A DNA stretch of 62,873 bases from a virus (taxonomy: Duplodnaviria; Caudoviricetes), in the IMG/VR virus record IMGVR_UViG_3300009154_000059, positions 1 to 62,873 of that record; one strand, written 5' to 3'. Position numbers and translations under genes: made by a program. The notes beneath the pieces were generated by a model. That model was not told the DNA's origin. It ran no database searches and saw nothing but the letters and a program-made list of their open reading frames with translations. Shown here in pieces: positions 28,488-37,472 of the stretch (position 1 is the stretch's first letter; each line of letters opens with the position of its first letter).

Positions 28488-29192
28488 TTAATTGTTTAAA
28501 TATTTTAAAAAATATTTATTATCTATATTTTTTCTTAGTTTAGCTGTTAAAAAACTATAATTAATGTTATATTTTTCCGCAGCATCTTTAGCACAATCAA
28601 AAATTTCTTGTGTATTTAAATTAATTACTTTTTTAGCACTTTGATGCTTTCCTCTTTTGATTCCAAACATAGGGTGTTTTTCTCCTGTTCTACCATAATT
28701 AGGGTTTTTTTCACCAGTAGATCCAAATCTAGGATGAAGTTCTTTTGGTTTTCCTTTCCAAAATCCTATATTACCATAAGCAGGATGGTCTTTACCAAAT
28801 TTACCAAACATAGGATTATTTTTTCCAGATAAAGCTAAACTTTGTTTTTTTCTAGTCTCTTCAGAAGCTAAACCATTACTCCCAGGAAATCTAACATTTA
28901 GCATATTAAAACCTAATTCTTTAAAATATTTCCAATAATAAATTTCTTTATTATTTAATTCTTCTTGTGTTATATCTCTAGTAAAACATTCTAAAATTTC
29001 TATTTTATGGTTTTCATAACCATATTTTATTAAAGATCTATATATTTTTATTTGTTCTTCACATTTTAAATTTTTATATTTACTTTTTCTACTAGCCCAA
29101 TCTCTACTTTGTCCAATATATATTTTATTACTAGGGCTTATTATTTTATATATAACAACTAATTTTTTAGTATCTATATTTTTTGTTTCCAT
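28488..29192 (-). CDS. GIY-YIG homing endonuclease with NUMOD3-like repeats
   Basis: VIYKI..KIYIGQS..R..Y..E..N catalytic pattern and repeated G(K/E)xN/HPxF/YG units. Probable start at METKN (29192), overlapping the 3' end of the upstream gene. Confidence 0.88.
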   Translation of the reverse strand: METKNIDTKKLVVIYKIISPSNKIYIGQSRDWASRKSKYKNLKCEEQIKIYRSLIKYGYENHKIEILECFTRDITQEELNNKEIYYWKYFKELGFNMLNVRFPGSNGLASEETRKKQSLALSGKNNPMFGKFGKDHPAYGNIGFWKGKPKELHPRFGSTGEKNPNYGRTGEKHPMFGIKRGKHQSAKKVINLNTQEIFDCAKDAAEKYNINYSFLTAKLRKNIDNKYFLKYLNN

Positions 29193-30102
29193 AATATCCA
29201 TTTTGTAATTCATATTTATTAAACCTATTTAGTTCTTCCACTATTTTATTTTGTTTTTGGTAAACTGTAGATTTTTTTATTTCTATATCTGCAAGGATAT
29301 ATGCTTCATCAGAAAGTTGTTTATAGTATTGTAGTTTTTTCTCTAACTGATTAAATGTTTCATCATTAGTTTGGTTAGTTAGCATTTCAAATAATTTATA
29401 TTTAATAAATGCTTCTACATATTCTTTTATTCTATAGTTATCAGGGATTAATTGATTCTGTACTTCATCATATTCTGTTACATACATTAATAAATGAACA
29501 ACTCCACATCTAAAATTAGTTACAAATTTATTATCTCTAATATCAAAAGAATCTAAAGAAGATGCATTAGGAACATAATTATGATTATTATATTCTACAG
29601 TACAATGTTGTTTAGCTGATATATTTCCTGGTTTTAATAAAAACTCTCTTCTATATGCTCTAGGAGTAGTGTTATTAGTTTTATATACAGCTTGTATTAC
29701 TTCAGGTTGACACATTCCATCACATTGTGGATTTGTACATTGAGGATTATTACAAGGTTGCCCTCCTACAGTCATAGGAGAAACTTGTATTATATTAGTA
29801 GAAGTTTGTGTATAAAAAGAGTTAGCATCTTGATAAGAAGTTAAAGGAATCTCAGAACACATCCAAGCTTCTCTAACAGCAAAAAAGTTATCAGGAAGTC
29901 TAGCTTCAAAATCTTCAACATATAATGTTTCTTGAGATATAACATAAGAAGATCTTCCCAGCTTTCTTAAACACTTGTCTAAGTAAGTAGGTAGCATTAA
30001 ATCATCTATTGCTCCTGTATCAAAGTAACTTTTAAGTTCCTCTTTTATTATAGAGTAAATAGGTTCAGGAGAAATAAAATTATATTTATAGTAGTATGAC
30101 AT
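29167..30102 (-). CDS. Tail ring/tubular (adaptor) protein, crAss-like
   Basis: 311 aa in the tail module next to the IHF-like gene and stabilisation protein, with ARLPDNF and LIPDN..KEYVEAFIKYK motifs. Assignment from synteny. Confidence 0.55.
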   Translation of the reverse strand: MSYYYKYNFISPEPIYSIIKEELKSYFDTGAIDDLMLPTYLDKCLRKLGRSSYVISQETLYVEDFEARLPDNFFAVREAWMCSEIPLTSYQDANSFYTQTSTNIIQVSPMTVGGQPCNNPQCTNPQCDGMCQPEVIQAVYKTNNTTPRAYRREFLLKPGNISAKQHCTVEYNNHNYVPNASSLDSFDIRDNKFVTNFRCGVVHLLMYVTEYDEVQNQLIPDNYRIKEYVEAFIKYKLFEMLTNQTNDETFNQLEKKLQYYKQLSDEAYILADIEIKKSTVYQKQNKIVEELNRFNKYELQNGYYGNKKYRY

Positions 30103-30106
30103 AGTG

Positions 30107-30592
30107 TTATTCTTTTATATTCCAAGTACTGTATATGTGTTGGTATTTTTCATCAGATTTTAAATATTTTGCTAGTTCTCTTTTAGTAGTTCTAGTAGGT
30201 TGAAAAAGCCATAAATCTGAAAATTTAAACATTGCTTTATATCTAAACCATTTCCATCCAAAAAAATATCCTTCAGTATGGTGATTAAAGTTATATATTT
30301 TTTTACCTTTTTCTTTAGATTTTTTCCAATCAACAGGGAGATTAATTCTCTCTATCCCATTTGTAACAACAAGTTTTTTTCTTTTTCTTTTAACTATAGA
30401 AAATTCTCCAAAACCAAAAGGCATTTTTATTTTCTCTCCTGTTTCTAATATATAGTTTCTAAATTCTAAATTAAAACTATATAATATTTCTTTCCATTCT
30501 TTTGATGTTAGAGTAGAAGAAGGGTGTTTCTTTTTAAAGTCTAAATAAGCCTTTCTTCCTGCTGTTCTAAAGTCTATTGGAGATCTTGACAT
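30107..30592 (-). CDS. HU/IHF-like DNA-binding protein of the crAss-like structural module
   Basis: Very basic. ILETGEKIKMPFGFGEFSIVKRK resembles the HU/IHF beta-arm, followed by PVDWKKS..IYNFN.HT.GY. Confidence 0.7.
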   Translation of the reverse strand: MSRSPIDFRTAGRKAYLDFKKKHPSSTLTSKEWKEILYSFNLEFRNYILETGEKIKMPFGFGEFSIVKRKRKKLVVTNGIERINLPVDWKKSKEKGKKIYNFNHHTEGYFFGWKWFRYKAMFKFSDLWLFQPTRTTKRELAKYLKSDEKYQHIYSTWNIKE

Positions 30593-30595
30593 TTT

Positions 30596-31318
30596 TTATT
30601 CTGTTGGTTTTGTATTTGGAGCTTGGCCATCTATACCATCTGAAGTTTGATCAGTCTTTAATCTATAATAAGTGTTAAGGAGTTTTTTAGATGTAATTTC
30701 CAATGCTTGATTAATTAAATATCCTGGGAGAGCAAACTCTTTATCTAATGGATTTTTACATATATCATCTAAAGAATACTCTTTACCACAATCACAATCT
30801 GGATACATTATCTCATTAGGAACATCTTCTTCAAAAAAAGCAACAAATCTTATAGCTTGTAATTGTGGATTAGAAACATATAAATATCCATTACTAATCC
30901 AGTAATATGCTTCTTTTTTTATTATAGGGAGTTTTAAAAGATTTAAATATCTATTAACAGTTATTTCTTTTAGTTTAACTCCTTTACCTCCCAAAGCATT
31001 AATAGAGTAAACTCCTTGTATTACATACTGATAATTTCCTTCTGATATTCTAGGGAGTTTATATTTACTTCTAGCAACAGTACAATCATCAACATAATCA
31101 CAACATTCTGATATAGGCACTTCACACATTTCCAAACAAGGAATAGTAGTAAAGAGTGTATCAGTAGCCCAAAGCTTTCTAAGATTTGTTTCTCTTTTAA
31201 CTAATAAAAGAGCATTATTTCTTATCTCAGCTAGTATGGCTCTATCTGTTATTAAATTGTCAGAAGATAAAAGCTTGTGTGTACTTCTTACATCTGATAC
31301 TAATTGTCTACCTGTCAT
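30596..31318 (-). CDS. Tail ring/tubular protein (P22 gp4-like), crAss-like
   Basis: 240 aa with YYWISNGYLYV and LDKEFALPGYL motifs, adjacent to the IHF-like gene. Assignment from synteny. Confidence 0.55.
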   Translation of the reverse strand: MTGRQLVSDVRSTHKLLSSDNLITDRAILAEIRNNALLLVKRETNLRKLWATDTLFTTIPCLEMCEVPISECCDYVDDCTVARSKYKLPRISEGNYQYVIQGVYSINALGGKGVKLKEITVNRYLNLLKLPIIKKEAYYWISNGYLYVSNPQLQAIRFVAFFEEDVPNEIMYPDCDCGKEYSLDDICKNPLDKEFALPGYLINQALEITSKKLLNTYYRLKTDQTSDGIDGQAPNTKPTE

Positions 31319-31329
31319 AATAAATTATT

Positions 31330-32541
31330 TTATATTCTGCTTTCAAACTCTCCTATTTTTCCATATATATTATGGTATATAAGAACAAGTCCTGCTCTAA
31401 CATTGTTAACAAAGTTATTGTCTAAATGCCATCTATCTGTACCAGATAAGCTAGGCATTTGTTGTATTCTTACTCCTTTTACTTCTTTAGCCATGTAATG
31501 ATGTTTATCACCTGTATGTACTTCTCTGTATACAGCATTTCCAAACTGAGAAGAAGAATTATTATTAGTAGCAAATAGTAAGGGCAAATCATCTATTTTA
31601 CAATTACCATGATGGTATCCAATAAATGTATTCCCTAACACTGTATGTTTTGTAACAGAGTGTTGTCTTTGAAAGACAACTTTATTATTATTATTAAAAA
31701 ATACTTCTAAAGCATGTGCTAAATAAAATGATTTAGTTCTATCATGGTTTCCTTGTACAAGAATAACTTCAAGTTTATTACTTACTGTTTGTAAATAATT
31801 AATAGTTGTAACTAATAAATCAAATCCTTCTTCATATTCATTATCATATGATGTAAGAACATCTTGAGGGGTTAAGTTTGTAGTTTGGTTTTGGTAGTTA
31901 TCTGTATGAAAAAAATCATTTGATATAGGAAAAATTATTTTATTTATTTTATAAGAATTTCTAACCTTTTCTACTAAATCTCTAACTACTCCTAAATATT
32001 GATTTTTCTTTTCTTGTATAGTTTCTCCTTCTAGAGTTTTTTTAGCTAAATGAAAATCAGCTATTGAAACCTCTATATCCACTTCTTCTTTTTCCAACTC
32101 TCCATATACACTTCTTACAATTAACTCTGCTGGTTTATAGTTTTCTAAAAATTTAGCAAAGTCTTCAGGAGAATAATCTTTTGGTTGTTTTAATGTAGCA
32201 AATACAGAAGAAATAAAAGAACCATTAGGTTTTTGTTTTGTCCAATAATTAGAGATTTTATATTTCTTTAAATTTATTTTATGAAGTTTAGCTAGTTCTA
32301 TATCATCTTTAGGTTCAAAGCTACATTCTGTAGTAGATTTTAATGTACCTTTATCATTATTGATTTCTTTAGTTAATTCTGAAGAAAAAGTAAGTTCTTC
32401 TTGACTTAGGTTTTTTCTTTGTTCTTTTAGTTCTTTTCTAAGTGATTCAACTTCTTGTTCTGTAATTCCCAGTTTTTCAGCATAATACTGATTTGATTTT
32501 TTGTGGTGTAACAGACTTTGTAATTCTTTTAATAAATCCAT
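31330..32541 (-). CDS. Calcineurin-like metallophosphoesterase with N-terminal HTH
   Basis: Motifs ADFH, NDFFH, GNHD, HHG and GDKHH; N-terminal YAEKLGITEQEV HTH-like segment. Confidence 0.85.
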   Translation of the reverse strand: MDLLKELQSLLHHKKSNQYYAEKLGITEQEVESLRKELKEQRKNLSQEELTFSSELTKEINNDKGTLKSTTECSFEPKDDIELAKLHKINLKKYKISNYWTKQKPNGSFISSVFATLKQPKDYSPEDFAKFLENYKPAELIVRSVYGELEKEEVDIEVSIADFHLAKKTLEGETIQEKKNQYLGVVRDLVEKVRNSYKINKIIFPISNDFFHTDNYQNQTTNLTPQDVLTSYDNEYEEGFDLLVTTINYLQTVSNKLEVILVQGNHDRTKSFYLAHALEVFFNNNNKVVFQRQHSVTKHTVLGNTFIGYHHGNCKIDDLPLLFATNNNSSSQFGNAVYREVHTGDKHHYMAKEVKGVRIQQMPSLSGTDRWHLDNNFVNNVRAGLVLIYHNIYGKIGEFESRI

Positions 32542-32648
32542 ATTGATAAAGTTGGTTAAAAAATATTGTAAAGGTAAGGAATTTATTTTTTATAAAACAA
32601 ATTTTTTTAATTAGAGTTATAATTTATTATAATTAAACGTATTAAAAT

Positions 32649-32678
32649 AAAAAACTCCCCAAGAAAACTTAGGGAGTT
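32649..32678 (-). terminator. Intrinsic terminator
   Basis: AACTCCC..GGGAGTT stem followed by a T-run on the minus strand, downstream of ORF 32715..32960. Confidence 0.7.
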
Positions 32679-32714
32679 AAAATCTACAATTTAAAACCAA
32701 CAAAAAATTATAGA

Positions 32715-32960
32715 CTATCTTGTAGTAGTTGTTGTAGTTGTAACTACAGCAACATTTATATAATTTGTACATAAAGTACTTTCAGATTGTATTCTTATTG
32801 TATTAGTATAGTCTGGTACTAAAGAAGAGGAATATCCTGCTAGTAATGTTGATTTTGATACAGATGTTTCAAATGGAGTTACATATCCATCTAAATCAGA
32901 ATATAAATTAAATGGTCCAGAATCAGAACCTGCTGCTGTTAATGTTATAAATACTGTCAT
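32715..32960 (-). CDS. Small virion beta-domain protein with poly-Thr tail
   Basis: 81 aa, TAATG-coupled, homologous to the N-terminus of 21079..21945, ends in T7. Confidence 0.7.
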   Translation of the reverse strand: MTVFITLTAAGSDSGPFNLYSDLDGYVTPFETSVSKSTLLAGYSSSLVPDYTNTIRIQSESTLCTNYINVAVVTTTTTTTR

Positions 32961-33457
32961 TAGTTATATACTATTATTTCTAAGTAAAGAGCATTAAATC
33001 CTGGAGAATTAGTTCCATCAGGCCTTGTTACAGTGAAGTCTATTGTATTAGCATTTCCATTATGTATAGAAAAGAATTTATTTATAGAAGAAGAAACTGT
33101 TACAAATGTTTTAGATGTTGGAAAAGCTCCTGTTAATGTAAAATCAAATGTACCAATTCCTGTAACTGTAGCTACAGGAGTTCCTCCTAAATTATTTTCT
33201 AACTCACTTATAGTAGGAGTAGCATTTTCATTTTGATGTAATACTGCTCTATAAATTTTATAATTAGGAGTTAAAGAACATATTTTGGTTTCTATTTTTT
33301 GTAATGCTACTGTTAGTGTATCTAAATTATTTATTGTAGAACAAGGAAGATTAGGTCCAATATATTGTATTGTATTAGATGGATAAGTAACACATGTTTG
33401 GCATCCACATCCATTTGAATCAGGGTTAGTACAACTTGTATAATAATAAGGCCACAT
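32960..33457 (-). CDS. Putative fibre/decoration protein
   Basis: 165 aa. Shares a YxGPN..I..DxLx segment with 33470..34564; beta-rich C-terminus. Confidence 0.55.
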   Translation of the reverse strand: MWPYYYTSCTNPDSNGCGCQTCVTYPSNTIQYIGPNLPCSTINNLDTLTVALQKIETKICSLTPNYKIYRAVLHQNENATPTISELENNLGGTPVATVTGIGTFDFTLTGAFPTSKTFVTVSSSINKFFSIHNGNANTIDFTVTRPDGTNSPGFNALYLEIIVYN

Positions 33458-33469
33458 AGTTTTTTTATT

Positions 33470-34564
33470 TTAAGAAGGTACGTACATGATGTAATAACAA
33501 CCATAAGAAGGTTGATAATTAGCATGTGCAGAGTTTGTTGTTGAGTTATTAGATATTGTTGTTGCTACTGTAATACCTGTAGTAGAATTACTAGAAGTTG
33601 CAGTAACAAGAGGACCATCTGGATGATTATCTGCATTACCACTAGCACTACCATTTGCTGCTGGTTTTGTATATGTATGTGTATGTCCAGGATCTGTAAC
33701 TGTAGAAGTAGCAGCATGTGTATGTGCTGGTATTTGATTAGAAGTTAATTGTACTGTGTTAGTTCCATAAGCATAATTTAGTGGAATAGTAGGATTACCA
33801 GGAACTCCAGGATCTACTGCAGGATTAAATGCTCCTCCATTCATTGCTGTAGAACCTACAAGAGTTCTTCCTCTTAAATCTGGAACAAAAGAATTAGCAC
33901 CATTACATAAATAAATATCTATCCAATCTCCTGTTCCTGCTCCTGATAAATCAAAATTTGGAGAACCAGGTCCAGATAATGCTCCAAAATAAGGAACAGC
34001 TACATAAGGAATCATTTTATTCTTTACTAAATTTGTATTTGGTAAAGAAGCTAAATATGCAGCTATATAACTATTAATATTAGATATAGCTACATATGTT
34101 GCAGGAATAGAACTTATTAATGATGATAGTGAAGAATCTACAGAACATAGTTTTGTAATTACAGCTTGTAATATAGCATGTGTTCCAGAGTTTGAAGAAA
34201 CTCCTGTCAAACACCCTATAGTGTAATTACCATTTAATGTGGTTAGTGTAGAGTTAATAGAATTAACTTGTGTTTGTAAACTACAAGTTGCTTGTATTAT
34301 AGCAGTTAAAATATCATTTAAATTTAACTCTGGTTTATCTGGAAAATAATTACTAACTAAAGAACATATAAGATTTTCTGGAATTATAGGAATAATACCT
34401 GTACTATCTAATGTGGAAGTTAAAAATGTAAATATAGCTGTCTCTACTGTTAATAAGGAATCTCCTGTATTAATTCCTAAAGCTGATATATTTGGACCTG
34501 TGTATTTTACACATTGATCAGAGACTGTCTCTGTACAACCATTAAAGCAATTATTGCAACTCAT
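33470..34564 (-). CDS. Tail fibre protein with tail-collar domain and HxH metal-binding tip
   Basis: YLCNG..PDLRGRTLVG collar motif, then LTSNQIPAHTH..DPGHTH..AHANYQPSY typical of short-fibre/collar proteins. Confidence 0.8.
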   Translation of the reverse strand: MSCNNCFNGCTETVSDQCVKYTGPNISALGINTGDSLLTVETAIFTFLTSTLDSTGIIPIIPENLICSLVSNYFPDKPELNLNDILTAIIQATCSLQTQVNSINSTLTTLNGNYTIGCLTGVSSNSGTHAILQAVITKLCSVDSSLSSLISSIPATYVAISNINSYIAAYLASLPNTNLVKNKMIPYVAVPYFGALSGPGSPNFDLSGAGTGDWIDIYLCNGANSFVPDLRGRTLVGSTAMNGGAFNPAVDPGVPGNPTIPLNYAYGTNTVQLTSNQIPAHTHAATSTVTDPGHTHTYTKPAANGSASGNADNHPDGPLVTATSSNSTTGITVATTISNNSTTNSAHANYQPSYGCYYIMYVPS

Positions 34565-34830
34565 TATTTAAATTTTAAGATTTTAATTCTTGAAGCAATA
34601 CTATTTATACTAAAATTTCCAGCATAATTAGGATTGCAAGTTTTATATTGTAATATTCTTTTATAGTTTAATAGATCTAAAATAGCTGTAGAAGGAACTG
34701 ATTTATTTAACATAAATACAATGTTATTGTATAAATCAGAACTCAGCTCTGCTAGTTTACAATCTATCTCTTTTATAAGAGAAGGTATATCCTCACATTG
34801 AGGACAATTAGTTAATCTAGGATTTAACAT
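34564..34830 (-). CDS. Small structural-module protein (88 aa)
   Basis: TAATG-coupled on both sides; CxxC near the N-terminus. Confidence 0.7.
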   Translation of the reverse strand: MLNPRLTNCPQCEDIPSLIKEIDCKLAELSSDLYNNIVFMLNKSVPSTAILDLLNYKRILQYKTCNPNYAGNFSINSIASRIKILKFK

Positions 34831-34928
34831 TATTGTCTAGGTTTATTAGCACATGAAGTACATAATCCATTTGATAGCTGACAAGGACAACCATATTGTA
34901 CTCCACACTCAATACAATTTGCTTTCAT
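34830..34928 (-). CDS. Unlisted 32 aa Cys-rich micro-protein MKANCIECGVQYGCPCQLSNGLCTSCANKPRQ
   Basis: Exactly fills the gap, with TAATG overlaps at both ends (34928 and 34830). Six Cys in a CxxC-CxC-CxxC arrangement. Confidence 0.8.
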   Translation of the reverse strand: MKANCIECGVQYGCPCQLSNGLCTSCANKPRQ

Positions 34929-35491
34929 TAGTAAAAGTTATTTATATAATTAGTACCTGAACATCCACAATCATTTTTCATAAAATGTGATAACATTTTA
35001 TCTGCTTGATTGTATAGTTTGTTAGCTTCTACAATAGCACAATTATTAGCTGCTGCTATTGCTCCTTGTATAAAGAAATAAATAGTATTTAAGTCAACTT
35101 TAGATTGTGTTTTAATAGCTCTATCACATTCCATCATATCTAGTTTCATAAAAGCTTCATCAAATTTCTCTTGTAATTTATCTACTCTTATAATAGACTT
35201 CTCTACAAAGTTTACATATGCAGGAGCTATTGAATATTTAATATGATATACTCCATCAGGAAGAGGTTGTGAAACTCCAGAAGCAGTTATATTTAATGTA
35301 GCTGATGTAATTACATTGTAATCATCTACTGTAAATGGAATTACTGCTGTGTTAAATCCAGGAGGAGTTATCTCTAATGTAGGACTAGTTACAATAGGAG
35401 GAGTATTAGGATAAGTTGATGTATCAATTATTCCTAATGTTAAAGTATTATAAGTTGGAACTACTAAAAAATCTAAATGTAATGTTGGCAT
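34928..35491 (-). CDS. Structural protein (Ig-like N-terminus, helical C-terminus; possible tail hub/fibre adaptor)
   Basis: 187 aa with LPDGVYHIKYS motif, in the virion operon. Confidence 0.5.
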   Translation of the reverse strand: MPTLHLDFLVVPTYNTLTLGIIDTSTYPNTPPIVTSPTLEITPPGFNTAVIPFTVDDYNVITSATLNITASGVSQPLPDGVYHIKYSIAPAYVNFVEKSIIRVDKLQEKFDEAFMKLDMMECDRAIKTQSKVDLNTIYFFIQGAIAAANNCAIVEANKLYNQADKMLSHFMKNDCGCSGTNYINNFY

Positions 35492-35508
35492 ATTATTTTT
35501 TATTTAAT

Positions 35509-35542
35509 AAAAAAAGAGGGAGGAATAAAATTCCATCCCTCT
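35509..35542 (-). terminator. Intrinsic terminator
   Basis: AGAGGGA-GGAA..TTCC-ATCCCTCT stem with a T7 tail on the minus strand, after 35567..36706. Confidence 0.75.
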
Positions 35543-35566
35543 AGTTTATTTAAAATTAGTTTATTA

Positions 35567-36706
35567 CTAAGCTGAAGTAGTACTACTTGTTGTAGTGATA
35601 CAAGCAGCTGAATCATTAGGAATAGTTCCTAAAGCAGCAGCTAAAATAGAACCTACTAGTGATGATTCTGTTGATAAAGATTCTGCAGCTATAATAACTA
35701 TAGAGTTCATTGGAATATAATCTCCCCAAACATAGTTATCATTTCCATACTCATTAAATTTAATATAATAAGTATCATAAGCAGTACCTGGAGTTACATA
35801 GCTTTCAAAGTTTTCATTGTATCCTCCCATTCTATATAAATGTTTCAAATACCCTGCTTGGTAGCTATAAAAGTTTTTCTCTAATTGAGAAATCTCTGCA
35901 CTAGTTCCTCTAGCATAGTTAGAGGTTTGTGTAATTGCTGCTGTTGCTACAATGTTACAATTATCTGCTACAATAAAGTCTGCTGTAGTAGCTGGACCTG
36001 AATATACAAAAGTATCAAATCTTAATTTGTCATACTCTTGTGGAAAAGCAGCAACATCACATGGTTGTCCATAAATTGTTAATGGTTTTCCTTCTATTCT
36101 TAGTTTAGCATTAGCATCATTACCAACTCTTGTAAATGTATAGAATTGAGTTAAGTAAATATTGTCTGGGTTTGTACCAGGAGCATGTGCACTTAATTTA
36201 GCAATAAAAGCATCAATTAAAGCAGGTACATCTACTGTAGTACAAGGAGAACCACCACAATCACAACAAGGAGCTTTTACTGTTACTGAACGTGTAAATC
36301 CATTAAAGTATAATGTATTTAAATAAGAAGAAAATCCTCTTATTGTCAATGTTACAACATCTCCACAATATACATTCCATCCTGATACATCTGTTATTTG
36401 ATTAACTGGAGTAGGACATCCTGTTACTTTATAGAAATCTGTTACATTTGTTTTACAAGCAGCACCAGAAATACAACCAGCAATCTTATCAGATCTTTTT
36501 GATCCTTGTAAATAACGATTAGCTAAAGCTCTACCTTGAGCTACATAAAAATATGGAGAAGCAGCAATATTACCAGCAGTTGCTACAGTATAGTCGCTTT
36601 TAAAAAAGCCTACTTTTCCTGGGGTTAAATCTTGTGGAGATCCTGAGTTAGCAATACTAACACTAACAGGCACCACAAAAAGAGAGGTTAATGAGAAATC
36701 TGACAT
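35567..36706 (-). CDS. Conserved crAss-like structural protein (probable auxiliary capsid protein)
   Basis: 379 aa, beta-rich, Ala/Thr/Cys-rich, in the conserved block downstream of the MCP, followed by a terminator. Confidence 0.55.
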   Translation of the reverse strand: MSDFSLTSLFVVPVSVSIANSGSPQDLTPGKVGFFKSDYTVATAGNIAASPYFYVAQGRALANRYLQGSKRSDKIAGCISGAACKTNVTDFYKVTGCPTPVNQITDVSGWNVYCGDVVTLTIRGFSSYLNTLYFNGFTRSVTVKAPCCDCGGSPCTTVDVPALIDAFIAKLSAHAPGTNPDNIYLTQFYTFTRVGNDANAKLRIEGKPLTIYGQPCDVAAFPQEYDKLRFDTFVYSGPATTADFIVADNCNIVATAAITQTSNYARGTSAEISQLEKNFYSYQAGYLKHLYRMGGYNENFESYVTPGTAYDTYYIKFNEYGNDNYVWGDYIPMNSIVIIAAESLSTESSLVGSILAAALGTIPNDSAACITTTSSTTSA

Positions 36707-36734
36707 TTTATATTTGTTTTAAAGTTTATAATTT

Positions 36735-37463
36735 TTATTCGTTTGTTTGTATTCTATATGTTGCATTTTGTACAGCAGATTGATTTTCTGTATACATGGC
36801 AAGATTTTGTACTGTTAAATCTAAAAGTTCATCTTCTAGATAATTTTTTAATTCACAATCTTGATCCTGAGATGGAGAACCATCAAATCTTACATATCCT
36901 GTTTTATCTATTCTTAAAGGGTATCTAAGATAAGATAGATAAAGATATTTTGGTGTAAATGTTCCATCTGTAAATATAGATATATTATCGGATGAAATAA
37001 AGTTAAAAGTTTCTTGGTATTCAAAAGATGGTTTATAATTTTCATTGTTTAAACAAAATTGTAAATCACCATGCTTTGCAAGATCTCTATTAATCCATAT
37101 TTTTCTGTCTTTACATCTTCCTTTATCAGCAGTTATATAACTGTCAATATAGAACATGTATCCTGGACTAATATTAACTAATGTTGCTCCCCATTTATTT
37201 AATTGTGAATCTTCTAGTATTAATGGCAATGCATGGTTTTCATAAGGTTCTACAAATTTTTGTAAATCTTCATATCTCTTTTTAAAAGAGTCAAGCCCTA
37301 AGCCATTTGCTGTAGCACCATCCAGTTTTTGTTTTATCAACTTTATCTGAGCTTCATTTAGAGCTAAGATTTTATCTTCTAACTGAATTTGTTGGTGCTC
37401 ATTAGTTGATAGTTTATTTAACCTTTGGTCTATTTTATATAATAAACTATCTACTGAAATCAT
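36735..37463 (-). CDS. Head-tail ring/adaptor protein
   Basis: 242 aa with LNEAQ, YLRYP and CEL..LEDELLDLTV motifs typical of crAss ring proteins. Synteny. Confidence 0.55.
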   Translation of the reverse strand: MISVDSLLYKIDQRLNKLSTNEHQQIQLEDKILALNEAQIKLIKQKLDGATANGLGLDSFKKRYEDLQKFVEPYENHALPLILEDSQLNKWGATLVNISPGYMFYIDSYITADKGRCKDRKIWINRDLAKHGDLQFCLNNENYKPSFEYQETFNFISSDNISIFTDGTFTPKYLYLSYLRYPLRIDKTGYVRFDGSPSQDQDCELKNYLEDELLDLTVQNLAMYTENQSAVQNATYRIQTNE

Positions 37464-37472
37464 GTTTTATAT

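Noticed and set aside
21945-34564. Diversity-generating retroelement targeting tail genes
   Set aside because: No reverse transcriptase and no TR/VR repeat pair with adenine-specific mismatches seen in the window.
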